Below are positions 9,168 to 18,858 of a stretch of DNA of 45,422 bases, piece after piece (position 1 is the stretch's first letter; each line of letters opens with the position of its first letter). Where the stretch lies: assembly GCA_034660555.1 (NCBI GenBank), contig JAYEJL010000104.1, positions 1 to 45,422 on the forward strand, given 5' to 3'. Source of the DNA: Thermotogota bacterium (GTDB lineage: Bacteria > Thermotogota > Thermotogae > Petrotogales > Kosmotogaceae). A program made the translations under genes and the position numbers. Under the pieces are notes generated by a model, which had not been told where the DNA came from, did no database searches, and saw only the letters and a list, made by a program, of their open reading frames with translations.

Positions 9168-9955
9168 ATCCAGTTCCTCTTTCCCATTTCTATCCATAAA
9201 AAGTCAGTATCTAAAGATATACTGTCATTTAATACAATGAACAACTGTGGTTTTTCATCAATAGTTACAGCAATTCCTATTCCTGCAGCTGCGTGGGTCT
9301 TTTTGATTGTAAAATATTCGAAATCAGCTGAAACAAACTCTGGAAAAATTTTGACCTTTTTTTCAAAAACGGTAACCTTTTTAGCCTTCTCTGTGTGAAG
9401 CTCTCTACCTCTATCCCAGTCATATATTCGGTAGGTCGCATCTGAAGCCTGCTGTATCTCAATAAGTTTTGATGCCGGCCCCAGTGTATGAACTAATCCA
9501 GGTTCAATGAAAACAAGGTCTCCTTTATTTGTTTTGATGATCTCAAGATTATCCATGTTGATTTTTTCGAAATTTGTAGGTGTAGTTCTAAATCCTGCTG
9601 CAATTTTTCCTTCTGTTAAAAAGTACCAGCATTCAGTTTTTCCCCAGGGTTCTTGTTCAAATTTTCTAGCACTGGTATCGTCAGGATGAACTTGTAAAGA
9701 TAACCATTCTTTTGCTGAAATGAGTTTGATGAGTAAAGGGAATCTTGGTATTTTAAAATTTGCAAATCTGTCTTTGATATCATCCGGATATAATTGTGAA
9801 CCATTACTATCATTAAGTAATGTTCGCATTCCCTGAAAGTCAGAAAGAAGCCATACCTCACCAATTGGCTGTTTACTATTATAGTTGTATAATTCATTCA
9901 AATCGCTATCTCCCCAGGGTCTGGGTGAGAAAATCGGTTGTGATGTAAAAATCAT
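9164..9955 (-). CDS. manA: Mannose-6-phosphate isomerase, type I (short form)
   Basis: PWG, GEVW, LSLQVHPDD, KTECWY, VHTLG and EIQQASDATYRIYDW motifs. Confidence 0.9.
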   Translation of the reverse strand: MIFTSQPIFSPRPWGDSDLNELYNYNSKQPIGEVWLLSDFQGMRTLLNDSNGSQLYPDDIKDRFANFKIPRFPLLIKLISAKEWLSLQVHPDDTSARKFEQEPWGKTECWYFLTEGKIAAGFRTTPTNFEKINMDNLEIIKTNKGDLVFIEPGLVHTLGPASKLIEIQQASDATYRIYDWDRGRELHTEKAKKVTVFEKKVKIFPEFVSADFEYFTIKKTHAAAGIGIAVTIDEKPQLFIVLNDSISLDTDFLWIEMGKRNWI

Positions 9956-9957
9956 AG

Positions 9958-11262
9958 CTAAACCTCCGAAAGGAATTTTTTCATATGAAACAGTGCTTTT
10001 TCAGATTGCATTTTTCGTTTCTCCCATTTATTCATTTTCTTATTTATAGGTGGCAGCAAGCCGAAATTCGCATAATAAGGGTTTAATGGTACACGTGCCT
10101 TTTCTGTCACATGTTCAATTAACGAGCCCAACATGGTTTTATCTGGTAATTTAACCATTCTTTTATTTTTGATCAATCTTAGTATATTAAATGAAACGAA
10201 TGTTCCGCTACCTATTGATTCAACATAACCTTCCACACCGGTAATCTGTCCAGAAAAAAACAGATTGGGATATGCTTTGGATTGAAGATACGAATTCAGA
10301 ATTACTGGAGAATTCAAATATGTGTTTCTATGCATTACTCCATATCGTACAAACTCAGCCTCATTTAGTGCTGGAATTTTTTGGAATACCCTTTTCTGTT
10401 CGCTCCACTTCAATCTGGTTTGACAACCAACTAAATTATATAATGTATTGCTCTTATTTTCACTTCTCAACTGCACAACAGCATATGGTTCTCTACCGGT
10501 TCTAGGGTCTTCTAGGCCAACAGGTTTCATGGGGCCATATCTCAGAGCATCTTTACCCTTTCTGGCGATTTCTTCTATGGGCTGACACCTTTCAAAAAGC
10601 AGTTTATCAGAAAAATTTTCTATTAGGGCCCGTTCAGCTGTTATCAATTTTTCAACAAAATCTTCATAGTCAGCCTTTTCCAAAGGACAATTTATATAAT
10701 CACCGGTTCCTACTTCATAACGGTCAGCTATAAACGCACGTTGCATATCGATAGAATTAGAAGATACTATTGGGGCAACAGCATCAAAGAAAAATAGATT
10801 TTCTCCAAATAATTCTGATAACCAGATCTCTAGACTTTCTGATGTGACCGGTCCAGTGGCGATTATCCAGATATTATTTATGTCCGAAAGATCTATGGTG
10901 CTTATTTCATCATTGATTAACTCAATGTAATTTGATAAATGAACCTTTTTGGTAATATCTCTGGAAAAGTTATTTCGATCTACAGCGAAGGCTTTTCCTG
11001 CTGGAATTTTGTTTTTTTCTGCAATTTCAAGAAGAGTAGAATTCATGAGCTTTAACTCTGCTTTTAACAATCCCGAAGCGTTGGAAAGCAGTTCGGATTT
11101 AAGTGAGTTACTGCATACAAGTTCTCCAAGATTTCCTGTTTTGTGTACTTCTGTCATTTTTTTTGGGCGCATTTCGTATAGTTTTATCTTAATTTTGTAT
11201 TTTGCCAGTGTTAATGCAATTTCTGAGCCTGCAAGTCCTCCGCCAACAATATTTATTTTCAT
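9958..11262 (-). CDS. trmFO: Folate/FAD-dependent tRNA m5U54 methyltransferase
   Basis: GGGLAGSE, ELVCSNS, FERCQPIE, GPMKPVGL, GVMHRNTY and GQITGVEGY motifs. Confidence 0.96.
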   Translation of the reverse strand: MKINIVGGGLAGSEIALTLAKYKIKIKLYEMRPKKMTEVHKTGNLGELVCSNSLKSELLSNASGLLKAELKLMNSTLLEIAEKNKIPAGKAFAVDRNNFSRDITKKVHLSNYIELINDEISTIDLSDINNIWIIATGPVTSESLEIWLSELFGENLFFFDAVAPIVSSNSIDMQRAFIADRYEVGTGDYINCPLEKADYEDFVEKLITAERALIENFSDKLLFERCQPIEEIARKGKDALRYGPMKPVGLEDPRTGREPYAVVQLRSENKSNTLYNLVGCQTRLKWSEQKRVFQKIPALNEAEFVRYGVMHRNTYLNSPVILNSYLQSKAYPNLFFSGQITGVEGYVESIGSGTFVSFNILRLIKNKRMVKLPDKTMLGSLIEHVTEKARVPLNPYYANFGLLPPINKKMNKWEKRKMQSEKALFHMKKFLSEV

Positions 11263-12149
11263 ATATTTATTATTCCCTTTCTTGTTCTAATATATCTAAA
11301 AAGCATCTCCTGATAATAACCGGCATATGGACTAAAGCTTCGTATCCCAAAATTCATTACCTTTTTTGTGGAACCGGTAATATTATAAAGCTTATCCATT
11401 ATTCTTTTTACCCAGATATCAACAGGAAATGCATTCAATTCTCCATATCCAAAAAGTGCAACACAACTGGCAACCTTAAAGCCAATGCCTCTGTACTGCA
11501 TCAAGGTTTCTAGTTTTTCTTTCAGGCTTAACTCCTTAAGTTTGAAGAAGTAGTCCTCTGATTCGATTTTTCTAAAAAATTCGTATAACCATGATGATCT
11601 GAAAGCAAGCTTCAAACTTCTAAAATCATTAACAGATAATTGTTTCAACTGTTTTAAAGTTGGAAAGGTATAGAATGCTTCATCGTTAATCATCACTCGA
11701 TTTTCCGGAAAAAAAGCAGAGAGATTGTCTGAGATTCTTTTGATATTTGGAATGCTGTTTCTCGTCGAAATCACGTATTGAACTATCATTTCAAAAGGAT
11801 CCTGCCTTAATATTCTCAGCCCATAGGATTCTTTGAAGGCGTCCATAGATACATTTCTGGCATATTCATTAAGAAATTTTAGCTTTCCAGCCAAAGAGTT
11901 TGTTATACTGAGTAAATCGTGATCAACTGAAAAATAGTGTTTTATTCCACTTATCAAGTTCCTTCCAAGAAGGGTTTTAGAAGAGGACCATACCTTCAGT
12001 ATATTACCATTTTGTGCAATAAAAAGCACCGTATTTCTTACTACACCTTTCCAGTAGCCATTGGTTTTTTCCCATCTGAAAGTCTGGCCACAATCTAGCG
12101 TTGTGTCAAGATTAAAAGGAACATTAAGCTTCAGTTCAATTTCATACAT
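11259..12149 (-). CDS. ogg: 8-oxoguanine DNA glycosylase (OGG1-type, HhH-GPD)
   Basis: TLDCGQTFRW, GLRILRQDPFE, GIGFKVASCV and FPVDIWV. Confidence 0.9.
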   Translation of the reverse strand: MYEIELKLNVPFNLDTTLDCGQTFRWEKTNGYWKGVVRNTVLFIAQNGNILKVWSSSKTLLGRNLISGIKHYFSVDHDLLSITNSLAGKLKFLNEYARNVSMDAFKESYGLRILRQDPFEMIVQYVISTRNSIPNIKRISDNLSAFFPENRVMINDEAFYTFPTLKQLKQLSVNDFRSLKLAFRSSWLYEFFRKIESEDYFFKLKELSLKEKLETLMQYRGIGFKVASCVALFGYGELNAFPVDIWVKRIMDKLYNITGSTKKVMNFGIRSFSPYAGYYQEMLFRYIRTRKGIINI

Positions 12150-12474
12150 CTTTTATAAGAAATGTGGGAAGTTGGGTTAGAAGTTTAAAGAATGTATCCT
12201 GGGTTATCTCCCCCACGACAAATAATCCATAACGATTATCTTCAATATCAATTGGTATTACTGTTAAGACAACAAGCCCTTGTGTTTTTGAGCTGCGTGT
12301 ACCGGTATTCATTGCAAGTGTAAGAGAGAGCTCAGGAATTTCATAAGGCAAACTACTTCCAAGAGTCTCTCCTTTTTTGTTAATAAGTCGAATTTCAATA
12401 CCAATGGATTCCCCTAAATTTTCAAGCTTTTTTGCGAGTTTTCTGATTTTTTCTTCGTTCATAATTAAGTTCAT
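12142..12474 (-). CDS. Small hypothetical protein (possible sensor-like fold)
   Basis: 110-aa ORF packed into the operon with overlaps on both sides; no motif recognised with certainty. Confidence 0.6.
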   Translation of the reverse strand: MNLIMNEEKIRKLAKKLENLGESIGIEIRLINKKGETLGSSLPYEIPELSLTLAMNTGTRSSKTQGLVVLTVIPIDIEDNRYGLFVVGEITQDTFFKLLTQLPTFLIKDV

Positions 12475-13273
12475 TCTCCCTTCTGATTTTGCAATTATAA
12501 CCAGAACATTTCAGCCAGCTGGATTCGTTATTGAAATTCTCGATAAAATCATCGTCAACTATCAAACTGGATGGTTTAATCAGTGAAACTAGCTGCTTTA
12601 ACTTTTCAAGGTCATTAGATATGCATTCTCTCAATTCATCTATGTGTAAATCGCGCGATCTATTCTCCCACAGTTTTTTTGCTTCTGGATAAAATTTTAA
12701 CAGGTTTAAAAGGTCATTTTCATCCTTTTCAATCTCTCTAATTCTTTGATTGACGAGTCCATACACACAACCACAGTAATCCTGAAAATAGGAATCACTA
12801 AGTAACTTTCTAGCCTTTACAAGTGTATTACCACGTCTGAAGTTCTCACCAACAAAACCGAGTGAAAATGTTTCTGATATATCATTTCCTATCTCAATGA
12901 TTTTCTCCTGGTTTTTCCTTGGGCTAACCAAAAGTGTAGTTGAAAAGGCGTCATAATTCTTCAATTTTGCCAGCTGGGCGGTTTTTAATAATCTCAGCCT
13001 TATGCAGAACTCGCAACGGCTTCCCCCTTCATCCTCACTGGCAAACCTGGTGAATACCTTTTTAAATGGATAGGGATTGTAATCTCCCATTATTGGTAAT
13101 GTTTCATACATTTTCGTTGTATTTGCGAAGGCATTTAATCTTTTGACATATTCTTCATAGGGAAAGATATTTGGATTATAGAAATATGGTGTAATTTCAA
13201 AATCATAATTGTTTTTCTTGAAATATTCCATAGTTGCTACATAATCAGGAGCACAACAAACATGCAAAAGCAC
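12422..13273 (-). CDS. queH: Epoxyqueuosine reductase QueH (DUF208) with a C-terminal extension
   Basis: LLHVCCAPD, FYNPNIFP.EEY.KR, RCEFCIRLRL, FSTTL and QDYCGC. Confidence 0.92.
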   Translation of the reverse strand: MLLHVCCAPDYVATMEYFKKNNYDFEITPYFYNPNIFPYEEYVKRLNAFANTTKMYETLPIMGDYNPYPFKKVFTRFASEDEGGSRCEFCIRLRLLKTAQLAKLKNYDAFSTTLLVSPRKNQEKIIEIGNDISETFSLGFVGENFRRGNTLVKARKLLSDSYFQDYCGCVYGLVNQRIREIEKDENDLLNLLKFYPEAKKLWENRSRDLHIDELRECISNDLEKLKQLVSLIKPSSLIVDDDFIENFNNESSWLKCSGYNCKIRRENELNYERRKNQKTRKKA

Positions 13274-13278
13274 TTTCT

Positions 13279-14073
13279 TTAAAATGTTATCAACTCCTTG
13301 ATTGATTCATAGGTTTTTTCTCCGATGCCTTTTACATTCATAATTTCTTCCCTGCTGGAAAATTGGCCAACCTGATCTCGATATTCCACTATTCTTTTAG
13401 CTAGGACATCACCTATTCCAGGTAATCTTTTTAGCTCAGATACTCCAGCCGTATTGATGTTTATTTTTGTATGGCTTGATTTTCTTAGCGCTTTGTTTGT
13501 TTCGGTTTCTTCTACATAAATGAGGTCTTTAATGTTATTTAGTGTAGCGTCACCAATTCCTTTTACCTTTGTCAAATCATCAATGTGTATAAAAGGTCCA
13601 CTGTTTTGCCTGTAATCAATAATTGCCTGTGACTTTTCAGGGCCTATACCTGGTAATGTTTGTAGTTGGTCGGTGGTAGCCATATTTATATCAATTAACT
13701 CGTTTTTTATTTTACTTTTAATCTCTGTATTGTCAATATAACATACAACAAATTCTCGAATGTTATTAAGTGTTGCTTCTCCAATGCCTTTGACATTAGT
13801 AAGTTCCTGGATGTCACTAAAAAAATCATTTTCTTCTCGATATTCAACAATTGCATTTGCTTTGGTTGGACCAATACCGGGAAGTAAAACCAATGTGTCT
13901 ACTGAAGCGCTGTTGATATCTATTGGGTACACTTCTTTACCTGAAAGACTTTTATCAAGATCGTTACTATTGGGCTGGGGTTCACCACCTATTAAGAATA
14001 CCACCAATCCTACCAAGAGTACTGCGATTGCAGTCCCGGCGATCTGTAATTCTTTAGGAGACAAACGTTTCAT
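13279..14073 (-). CDS. comEA: ComEA-family DNA receptor with three (HhH)2 domains
   Basis: N-terminal TM helix and three repeats of I[DN]IN.A....L..LPGIG...A/S..I..YR...V[K]GIG. Confidence 0.9.
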   Translation of the reverse strand: MKRLSPKELQIAGTAIAVLLVGLVVFLIGGEPQPNSNDLDKSLSGKEVYPIDINSASVDTLVLLPGIGPTKANAIVEYREENDFFSDIQELTNVKGIGEATLNNIREFVVCYIDNTEIKSKIKNELIDINMATTDQLQTLPGIGPEKSQAIIDYRQNSGPFIHIDDLTKVKGIGDATLNNIKDLIYVEETETNKALRKSSHTKININTAGVSELKRLPGIGDVLAKRIVEYRDQVGQFSSREEIMNVKGIGEKTYESIKELITF

Positions 14074-14816
14074 TGGATTTTTCTTATATACCTTCCTTCA
14101 ATATTCCATCCAGTGATCTCTTCGATTCTACCAACATTTAATTTATTTGATTGTTCACTGGCTAATAACTGGTCGGGATAAATCCCCAAAATAGCTCCAT
14201 AATAAATTCTTCCTTCAGAAGTTTCCCAGCGGTAAATTAGGGCAGGATAACCATTTTCTCGCAGTTCAGAAATCTCTCCGGATATACCACTGTATGAAGA
14301 ATGAGTGACCAGTTGGATTCCGTATGCAACTTTGGATGAAAACAGCCCTTCTAAAGGATTTTCTTTTGTCAACAAAACACCATAGAAATCATCAGATATC
14401 TTTGTGATAAAATAATTTCCTTCCCCTAATTCCGTACATAGTTTAAACGCAGTCCTCCTATTAATAGCTGAGTAATTAAAATCTGTTCCGCTTACAAAGT
14501 ATTCAAGCGATTCATCAATGAGTTTACTGTAATTGAATGTTTGAAATGCAAATATATTTGAATCATTTTGTTCCTCGGTTTCCTTTATTGTAGGGATTTC
14601 CTTTGTATTGAACTCATTTATGGTTGTTGTTTGAAAATCATTATTATTTTTGTTTATAGCAGTTTCTTCATTTCGCATTCTTATTTCTTCGAGCATTAAT
14701 TTGTATCTTTCGTTTTCAATTTTTAGTTTGTATGTGTAACCACCAACAATAAAAAGAATGGTTATCAAAGCAACAACAAATATGGAAAAAGTTTTTGTTG
14801 AACTATTTATGTTCAT
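14070..14816 (-). CDS. Membrane-anchored protein with a probable C-terminal SPOR-like domain
   Basis: N-terminal TM, coiled coil and linker; C-terminal YGIQL...LRENGYPA...YYGAILGIY...YIRKI resembles SPOR. Confidence 0.55.
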   Translation of the reverse strand: MNINSSTKTFSIFVVALITILFIVGGYTYKLKIENERYKLMLEEIRMRNEETAINKNNNDFQTTTINEFNTKEIPTIKETEEQNDSNIFAFQTFNYSKLIDESLEYFVSGTDFNYSAINRRTAFKLCTELGEGNYFITKISDDFYGVLLTKENPLEGLFSSKVAYGIQLVTHSSYSGISGEISELRENGYPALIYRWETSEGRIYYGAILGIYPDQLLASEQSNKLNVGRIEEITGWNIEGRYIRKIQ

Positions 14817-15796
14817 CTAAAAAACTCCAGTCCTTTTCCGTATTTTCTAAATATTCTTAAAAGCTCGTCTACGCTGATTATTTCTTTAAACGGTTTGTTT
14901 TTATACATGGTAGATATTACAATACTGTCGTTTTGATATAACTCCTCAGTTATTGAACTCATATCCAATCGCCTTGGCCAACTTTTGTCCCATACCAGGT
15001 TTAAAGCGCCTAGAAGCATTTTGTAATCTTCATCTTCAAAACAACCGTAAATCACAGCAAGCCAGGCTTCCAGTACAGTTGAAAAAATCAATGATGTTTG
15101 ATAACTGAAGGTTAATCTGAAGGCGTTCTGAATTATATTTGAAAAGCTTTTTCCCTGAATTTCCAGACCGGATTCCAGGGTTTCTGAAAAATTAGTTATT
15201 GCAGACCATACAAGGTCTTCCCATTCATTGAGTGAGATATTTTTTGATTTTTTTAACAGGTTTACCAAATACTTGAACATTCTCTGATCCTTTGTATGCG
15301 AAATGAGAATTATTGGTAAAAACTCAGTTACACCCTGTTTTTTCAATCTTTTGTAGCTAAGTTCTGGATCTATGGTAATTTTGTCAGGTACACCTGTTAC
15401 TGCCAACAGATCTTTTTTGTATTCAAAGTTTATGGCAAATTTCGATTTAACCGGCAAAAATGTTTGGGCCAATGTAGTACTTGGAAATAAATAAATGTGC
15501 TTTATATAATCATGGGTAAAACCTGCAAAACTTCCCAGATCGATTATAGAGCCACCACCTACAACAGTTAGCGTTTTTTGACCTGAAATCTTTATCATAT
15601 GATAAATTTCAAAAACCTTGTCTATTGTTTTCGAGTATTCTCCACCTCTGATTTTATGTTCATTGTTTGGTGGTTTAAAATCAGGAATACCGGAATCCCA
15701 GATTATTTGAGATTCCGGTATATTCTTTGATGATTCGCAGCCATAATCGATATTTAGACTGAAATCGCGATTATCTTTATAGAGTAACTTTTTCAT
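14813..15796 (-). CDS. Degenerate 3-dehydroquinate synthase (AroB)-fold protein
   Basis: GGEYSKT, VGGGSIIDLGSF, PSTTLAQ and IDP are retained; catalytic and metal motifs are not recognisable. Confidence 0.7.
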   Translation of the reverse strand: MKKLLYKDNRDFSLNIDYGCESSKNIPESQIIWDSGIPDFKPPNNEHKIRGGEYSKTIDKVFEIYHMIKISGQKTLTVVGGGSIIDLGSFAGFTHDYIKHIYLFPSTTLAQTFLPVKSKFAINFEYKKDLLAVTGVPDKITIDPELSYKRLKKQGVTEFLPIILISHTKDQRMFKYLVNLLKKSKNISLNEWEDLVWSAITNFSETLESGLEIQGKSFSNIIQNAFRLTFSYQTSLIFSTVLEAWLAVIYGCFEDEDYKMLLGALNLVWDKSWPRRLDMSSITEELYQNDSIVISTMYKNKPFKEIISVDELLRIFRKYGKGLEFFR

Positions 15797-16803
15797 TATA
15801 CTTCTTCTTTTGCCACGCTCTTTAGAAGTTTTACTGAGTTTAGGACATCGTCATAATCTACCATTTCATGTGGGGAATGTACATATCTGCAGGGAATGGA
15901 AACTGTTCCACTGGGGATACCCGCACCGGTTGTCTGATAACCTTTGGCGTTGGTACCACCAAAGATAAGTATTTCGTATTGATAGGGAATATTGTTCTTT
16001 TCTGCGACACTTTTTAGCTTGGATACAACACTGGAAGCGCTGATGGATGCCATATCTTTTATCTTAATTGTTGGCCCACCACCAAGTTTGAATCCCATTC
16101 GCTTGAATCCTTTAGGTGTATCTGGACCTGCCGTGACATCGAGAGCTATGGCCATATCAGGTTTGATGTCAAAACCGGCAACGCTGGCTCCTACAAGTCC
16201 AACCTCCTCCTGAACTGTGAATGCGAAATAGATATCATCCTTAGGTTTCTCAATCTCTTTTATTGCCTGTATCATTATTGCACAAGCTATTCTGTCATCC
16301 ATTGCTTTTGAAACTAACCTTTTTCCCAGATCGTAAAATCTTGAATCGTAGGTTCCAAACGTTCCAACTGAAATCTTTTTTTCAGCATCTTCTTTGTTTA
16401 CAGCACCAATATCAACGTAAAGCAAATCATAGTTGAGTTCTTTTATGTTCTTGCCCGCGTCTTTCATGGTTTCAGATTCTACGCCTACCACTCCTGTAAC
16501 ATCATTTTCAAATCTCAAATGCGATCCAAGCAAGATATATGGTGAAACGCCACCTACACTTTCAACTCTTAAAAATCCTTTATCATCAATGTTGGTTACG
16601 ACCAATCCGATTTCATCCATATGACCATCGAATAATATTTTTTTGCCCGAGGTTCCTTTTTTCAGTGCAATAACACTACCCAAGTTATCCACTTTATATT
16701 CGTCTACGTGGTCTTTAATCTCAGAAATTATTATTTCTCTTATTGAATCTTCTCTTCCACTGGGCGAAGAGATTTCAGTTAGTTTTTTTATGAGTTCTTT
16801 CAT
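15796..16803 (-). CDS. M42 (TET-like) aminopeptidase
   Basis: GHMDEIG, KAMDDR, QEEVG, LDVT and RYVHSP. Confidence 0.95.
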   Translation of the reverse strand: MKELIKKLTEISSPSGREDSIREIIISEIKDHVDEYKVDNLGSVIALKKGTSGKKILFDGHMDEIGLVVTNIDDKGFLRVESVGGVSPYILLGSHLRFENDVTGVVGVESETMKDAGKNIKELNYDLLYVDIGAVNKEDAEKKISVGTFGTYDSRFYDLGKRLVSKAMDDRIACAIMIQAIKEIEKPKDDIYFAFTVQEEVGLVGASVAGFDIKPDMAIALDVTAGPDTPKGFKRMGFKLGGGPTIKIKDMASISASSVVSKLKSVAEKNNIPYQYEILIFGGTNAKGYQTTGAGIPSGTVSIPCRYVHSPHEMVDYDDVLNSVKLLKSVAKEEV

Positions 16804-17840
16804 TTGCTCAACACCTTCCCTTCAGTTATGAGAGTTTGGCCTAGTTTAATTGTATTGTTAAAATCATTTAGGCTCATTACACACATGGGTGAATGAATAT
16901 ACCTTGCTGAAGTAGAAATAACCCCAGCAGGAATACCTCTCAAGGTTCTAGCCAATCTGGCTGCGTCCGTACCGCCTGCTGTTCTACCTTTAAATTGATG
17001 AGGAATGTTATGCTTTTTTGCTGCTTCTTTGATAACATCAAATATTTTTCTGTCAGGAACCAGTCCTCTATGGGCATAAGTAAGAACAGGTCCCTGGCCT
17101 ATTTTGGCTGCCCATCTACTTTCAGCAAGTTCTGGGTTATCACCTGCTGTTGTTCCTTCAAAAACAATAGCTGCATCCGGTTCAATTTGTGAAGCAGCGA
17201 CTCCGCTTCCTCGAAGTCCCACTTCCTCCTGAACCACCCAAGCAAAAAAAACATCGTAATCAACTGGATTTTCTTGAAGATATTCAATTATTTTTATGAG
17301 TACTTCACAACCATTTCTATCATCAAAAGCCTTGCCAATAGCATAATTGCCAATTTCCTTATACTGTGTATCGAAAAAGATGGGATCTCCAACATTGAAT
17401 TCAGATTTAGCGTCATCTTCTTTTTCATGTCCTGCATATACACAAAGTTTATCGTATTTTGGAGTTTTTAATAATTCTTCTCTTTTTTGTTCATGGATAG
17501 CCTTGTATCCAATTATTCCATCCTTTAATTCTTCACCGATTTTAACTTTCTTTCCCATTACGACCCGGGGATCAACTCCGCCTATGTTTGTTATAGCAAG
17601 AGTCCCATCCTTATTTATTTTTTTTACCATAAGACCGACTTCATCCATATGGGCCAGAAGCATTAATCGACCTCTGTTACTCTTCTTTCCTTTTTTGTGA
17701 GCAATAAGATTTCCTACTTCGTCTTTCCAGTATTCATCAACTATATTCTTTATTTCATTTTCAATAAATTCAGAGATAGGTTCTTCAAATCCAGAAATTC
17801 CATATAATTCTGTTAGTTTTTTTAGTCTTTTAAACTTCAT
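16800..17840 (-). CDS. M42 aminopeptidase
   Basis: AHMDEVG, KAFDDR, QEEVG, FEGT, GGTDA and RYIHSP. Confidence 0.95.
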   Translation of the reverse strand: MKFKRLKKLTELYGISGFEEPISEFIENEIKNIVDEYWKDEVGNLIAHKKGKKSNRGRLMLLAHMDEVGLMVKKINKDGTLAITNIGGVDPRVVMGKKVKIGEELKDGIIGYKAIHEQKREELLKTPKYDKLCVYAGHEKEDDAKSEFNVGDPIFFDTQYKEIGNYAIGKAFDDRNGCEVLIKIIEYLQENPVDYDVFFAWVVQEEVGLRGSGVAASQIEPDAAIVFEGTTAGDNPELAESRWAAKIGQGPVLTYAHRGLVPDRKIFDVIKEAAKKHNIPHQFKGRTAGGTDAARLARTLRGIPAGVISTSARYIHSPMCVMSLNDFNNTIKLGQTLITEGKVLSK

Positions 17841-18858
17841 TTGTTTCACCTTCTTTTAATGATTCAACGAATGATTCAAGTAAACGAACTGACTCTTCAA
17901 TGTCTTTAGGATTTATGACCTCGACAGGTGAATGCATATGTTTTTGAGGTATAGAAAGTATTAATGTGGGAACGCCTTTACCGGCTATTTGAACACTATC
18001 AGCATCGGTGCCTGATCGTCCCGGTGTATATTCATACTGTACCTGAACGTTTTTCTTCTTCGCAATATTTTTTAAGTTTTTGTAGTATTTCTTATGGACA
18101 ATAGGTCCACCAACGCCAAGAACAGGTCCCTTTCCCATCGAAATACCTGAATCGTTGCTATCCTGTGTCACATCCATAACAACTGCCAGATCCGGCTGGA
18201 TGGTTTGCGAAGCAACCTGCGCTCCGAGCCCACCAACTTCTTCTCTTGTTGTGAAAACAAAGTAAAGCTCGGGAACCGAGGAATATTTGTCAAGCTGCTC
18301 TGCCAGAAGTATTGATATTACACAACAGGCACGGTCATCTAATGCTTTACCAATAACCTTATCTTTTAGCATATACGATGTTATATCGACTACTGCCAGG
18401 TCTCCAGTGGTTACCTTTTCATAGTCAGGATTCATTGAAACGTCAATAAACAAATCATCATAATGAGGAACTTCTTTCCTGGTCTCCTTATTCTGAAGAT
18501 GAGGGGCAAGCATACCAATTATTCCTGTTCTGGTTTTACCATCGCGGGATTTGATTTTAACTCTTTGTGAAATGAGTATTTTTGGATCAATGCCGCCCAT
18601 GGTATCAAATCGCGCAAAACCTTTTTCGTCAACTGTTGATATTACAAGAGCGATCTCATCCATATGCGTGAAGAAAGCAATCTTTTTGCCAGTACCCTTT
18701 TTATGGGCAATCAGATTTCCTATGTTATCAACGTAGATTTCGTCAACAAAGGGATTGATCTTTTCTTTGATAACATCAATTGCCTCCTCCTCATACCCAA
18801 CAGGGCCAAATGCATTTGAAAGTCTAATTAGTAAATTTAGTAAATCAGAAGTCTTCAA
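17830..18858 (-). CDS. M42 aminopeptidase
   Basis: THMDEIA, KALDDR, REEVG, MDVT, GTDAD and HMHSP. Confidence 0.95.
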   Translation of the reverse strand: MKTSDLLNLLIRLSNAFGPVGYEEEAIDVIKEKINPFVDEIYVDNIGNLIAHKKGTGKKIAFFTHMDEIALVISTVDEKGFARFDTMGGIDPKILISQRVKIKSRDGKTRTGIIGMLAPHLQNKETRKEVPHYDDLFIDVSMNPDYEKVTTGDLAVVDITSYMLKDKVIGKALDDRACCVISILLAEQLDKYSSVPELYFVFTTREEVGGLGAQVASQTIQPDLAVVMDVTQDSNDSGISMGKGPVLGVGGPIVHKKYYKNLKNIAKKKNVQVQYEYTPGRSGTDADSVQIAGKGVPTLILSIPQKHMHSPVEVINPKDIEESVRLLESFVESLKEGETNEV

